DNA of 64,000 nucleotides from Squalus acanthias (taxonomy: Eukaryota): positions 140,370,001-140,434,000 of the forward strand of contig CM059432.1 in NCBI GenBank assembly GCA_030390025.1. The letters run 5' to 3'. The notes beneath the pieces are model-generated. The model was given only the letters and a program-made list of their open reading frames with translations, was not told the origin of the DNA and did no database searches. Made by a program: the position numbers and the translations under genes. Positions within the stretch are counted from its first letter, which is position 1, and each line of letters starts with the position of its first letter. Positions 63,205 through 64,000 of this stretch are shown piece by piece.

Positions 63205-63500
63205 GCGCTTCCCAAACCCAGGACCTCCACCACCTGGAAGGCCAGCAGGTGCATGGGAACACCACCACCTCCAAGTTCCCCTCCAAGTCACACACCATCC
63301 TGACTTGGAAATATATCACCGATCCTTCATCGTCGCTGGGTCAAAATCCTGGAACTCCCTCCCTAACAGCACTGTGGGAGCACCTTCACCACACGGACTG
63401 CAGCGGTTCAAGAAGGTGGCTCAGCACCACCTTCTCAAGGGCAATTAGGGATGGGCAATAAACGCTGGCCTTGCCAGCGACGCCCACATCCTGCAAATTA
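63205..63500 (+). mobile_element. CR1/L2-group LINE 3' fragment
   Basis: Same family as 12001-12618. Confidence 0.8.
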
Positions 63501-64000
63501 ATATTTTTTTAAATCATTTTCGTCCCCACTTTTGGTATTTATATTTAGGGGTATTTATCTGGTTCCAAGTTAGAGTGTTTACCTACTAATTTACAGCTTT
63601 TAATATTTAATAGCCATGATTATCTGCACTTCCTCTTGCTGCTAGCACTGAGATTCAATTTGAGTGCCTGGTGAGGCAGCAGCTGGCGGAATAGCTCGTA
63701 CTGGTCCGGGTCTTGACATATTACTCTGAAGTACACAGAAGCAGACCATACAAAGCTGTCAAAAATCAGACAAAGCCGCCAGAAAAAACAAAATGGCCTT
63801 TCACTGCCGGGTTTATATCAAAATATAAAAGCACAGGAAACCCTACTGGAGATATTGGACTGCTCGACCAAAAAAACAGAAGGGTGGGGATCCTGAACAA
63901 ACCTCTGAGGCACTGGCAAGGGTCCTGGGTGAAAGTTCAAATAGAGCTCCGTATTATTATTGATCAACAACAAAGCAACAACAACTTGTATTTATATAGC

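Overview
Vertebrate genomic DNA, most likely from a cartilaginous fish (shark), judged from its repeat repertoire: HE1/V-SINE, SacSINE1/DeuSINE-like SINEs, CR1, L2, RTE and Penelope elements. I recognised no host protein-coding exon, and the window reads as intronic or intergenic sequence dominated by nested mobile elements. The main landmark is an ~8-kb nested pile (12735-20770). It contains a near full-length two-gene PIF/Harbinger DNA transposon: a disrupted HARBI1-like DDE transposase plus a convergent three-exon Myb/SANT gene, with its MITE derivatives scattered elsewhere in the window. Two Penelope-like families contribute GIY-YIG fragments and short pseudo-LTR inserts, several of them palindromic, that carry minimal hammerhead ribozymes. 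Also present are hAT and Tc1/pogo MITEs, an RTE copy with a twin-priming-type 5' inversion, and several repeat-free islands that resemble conserved non-coding elements. Family names come from recalled consensus features, not database searches, and many boundaries are approximate.
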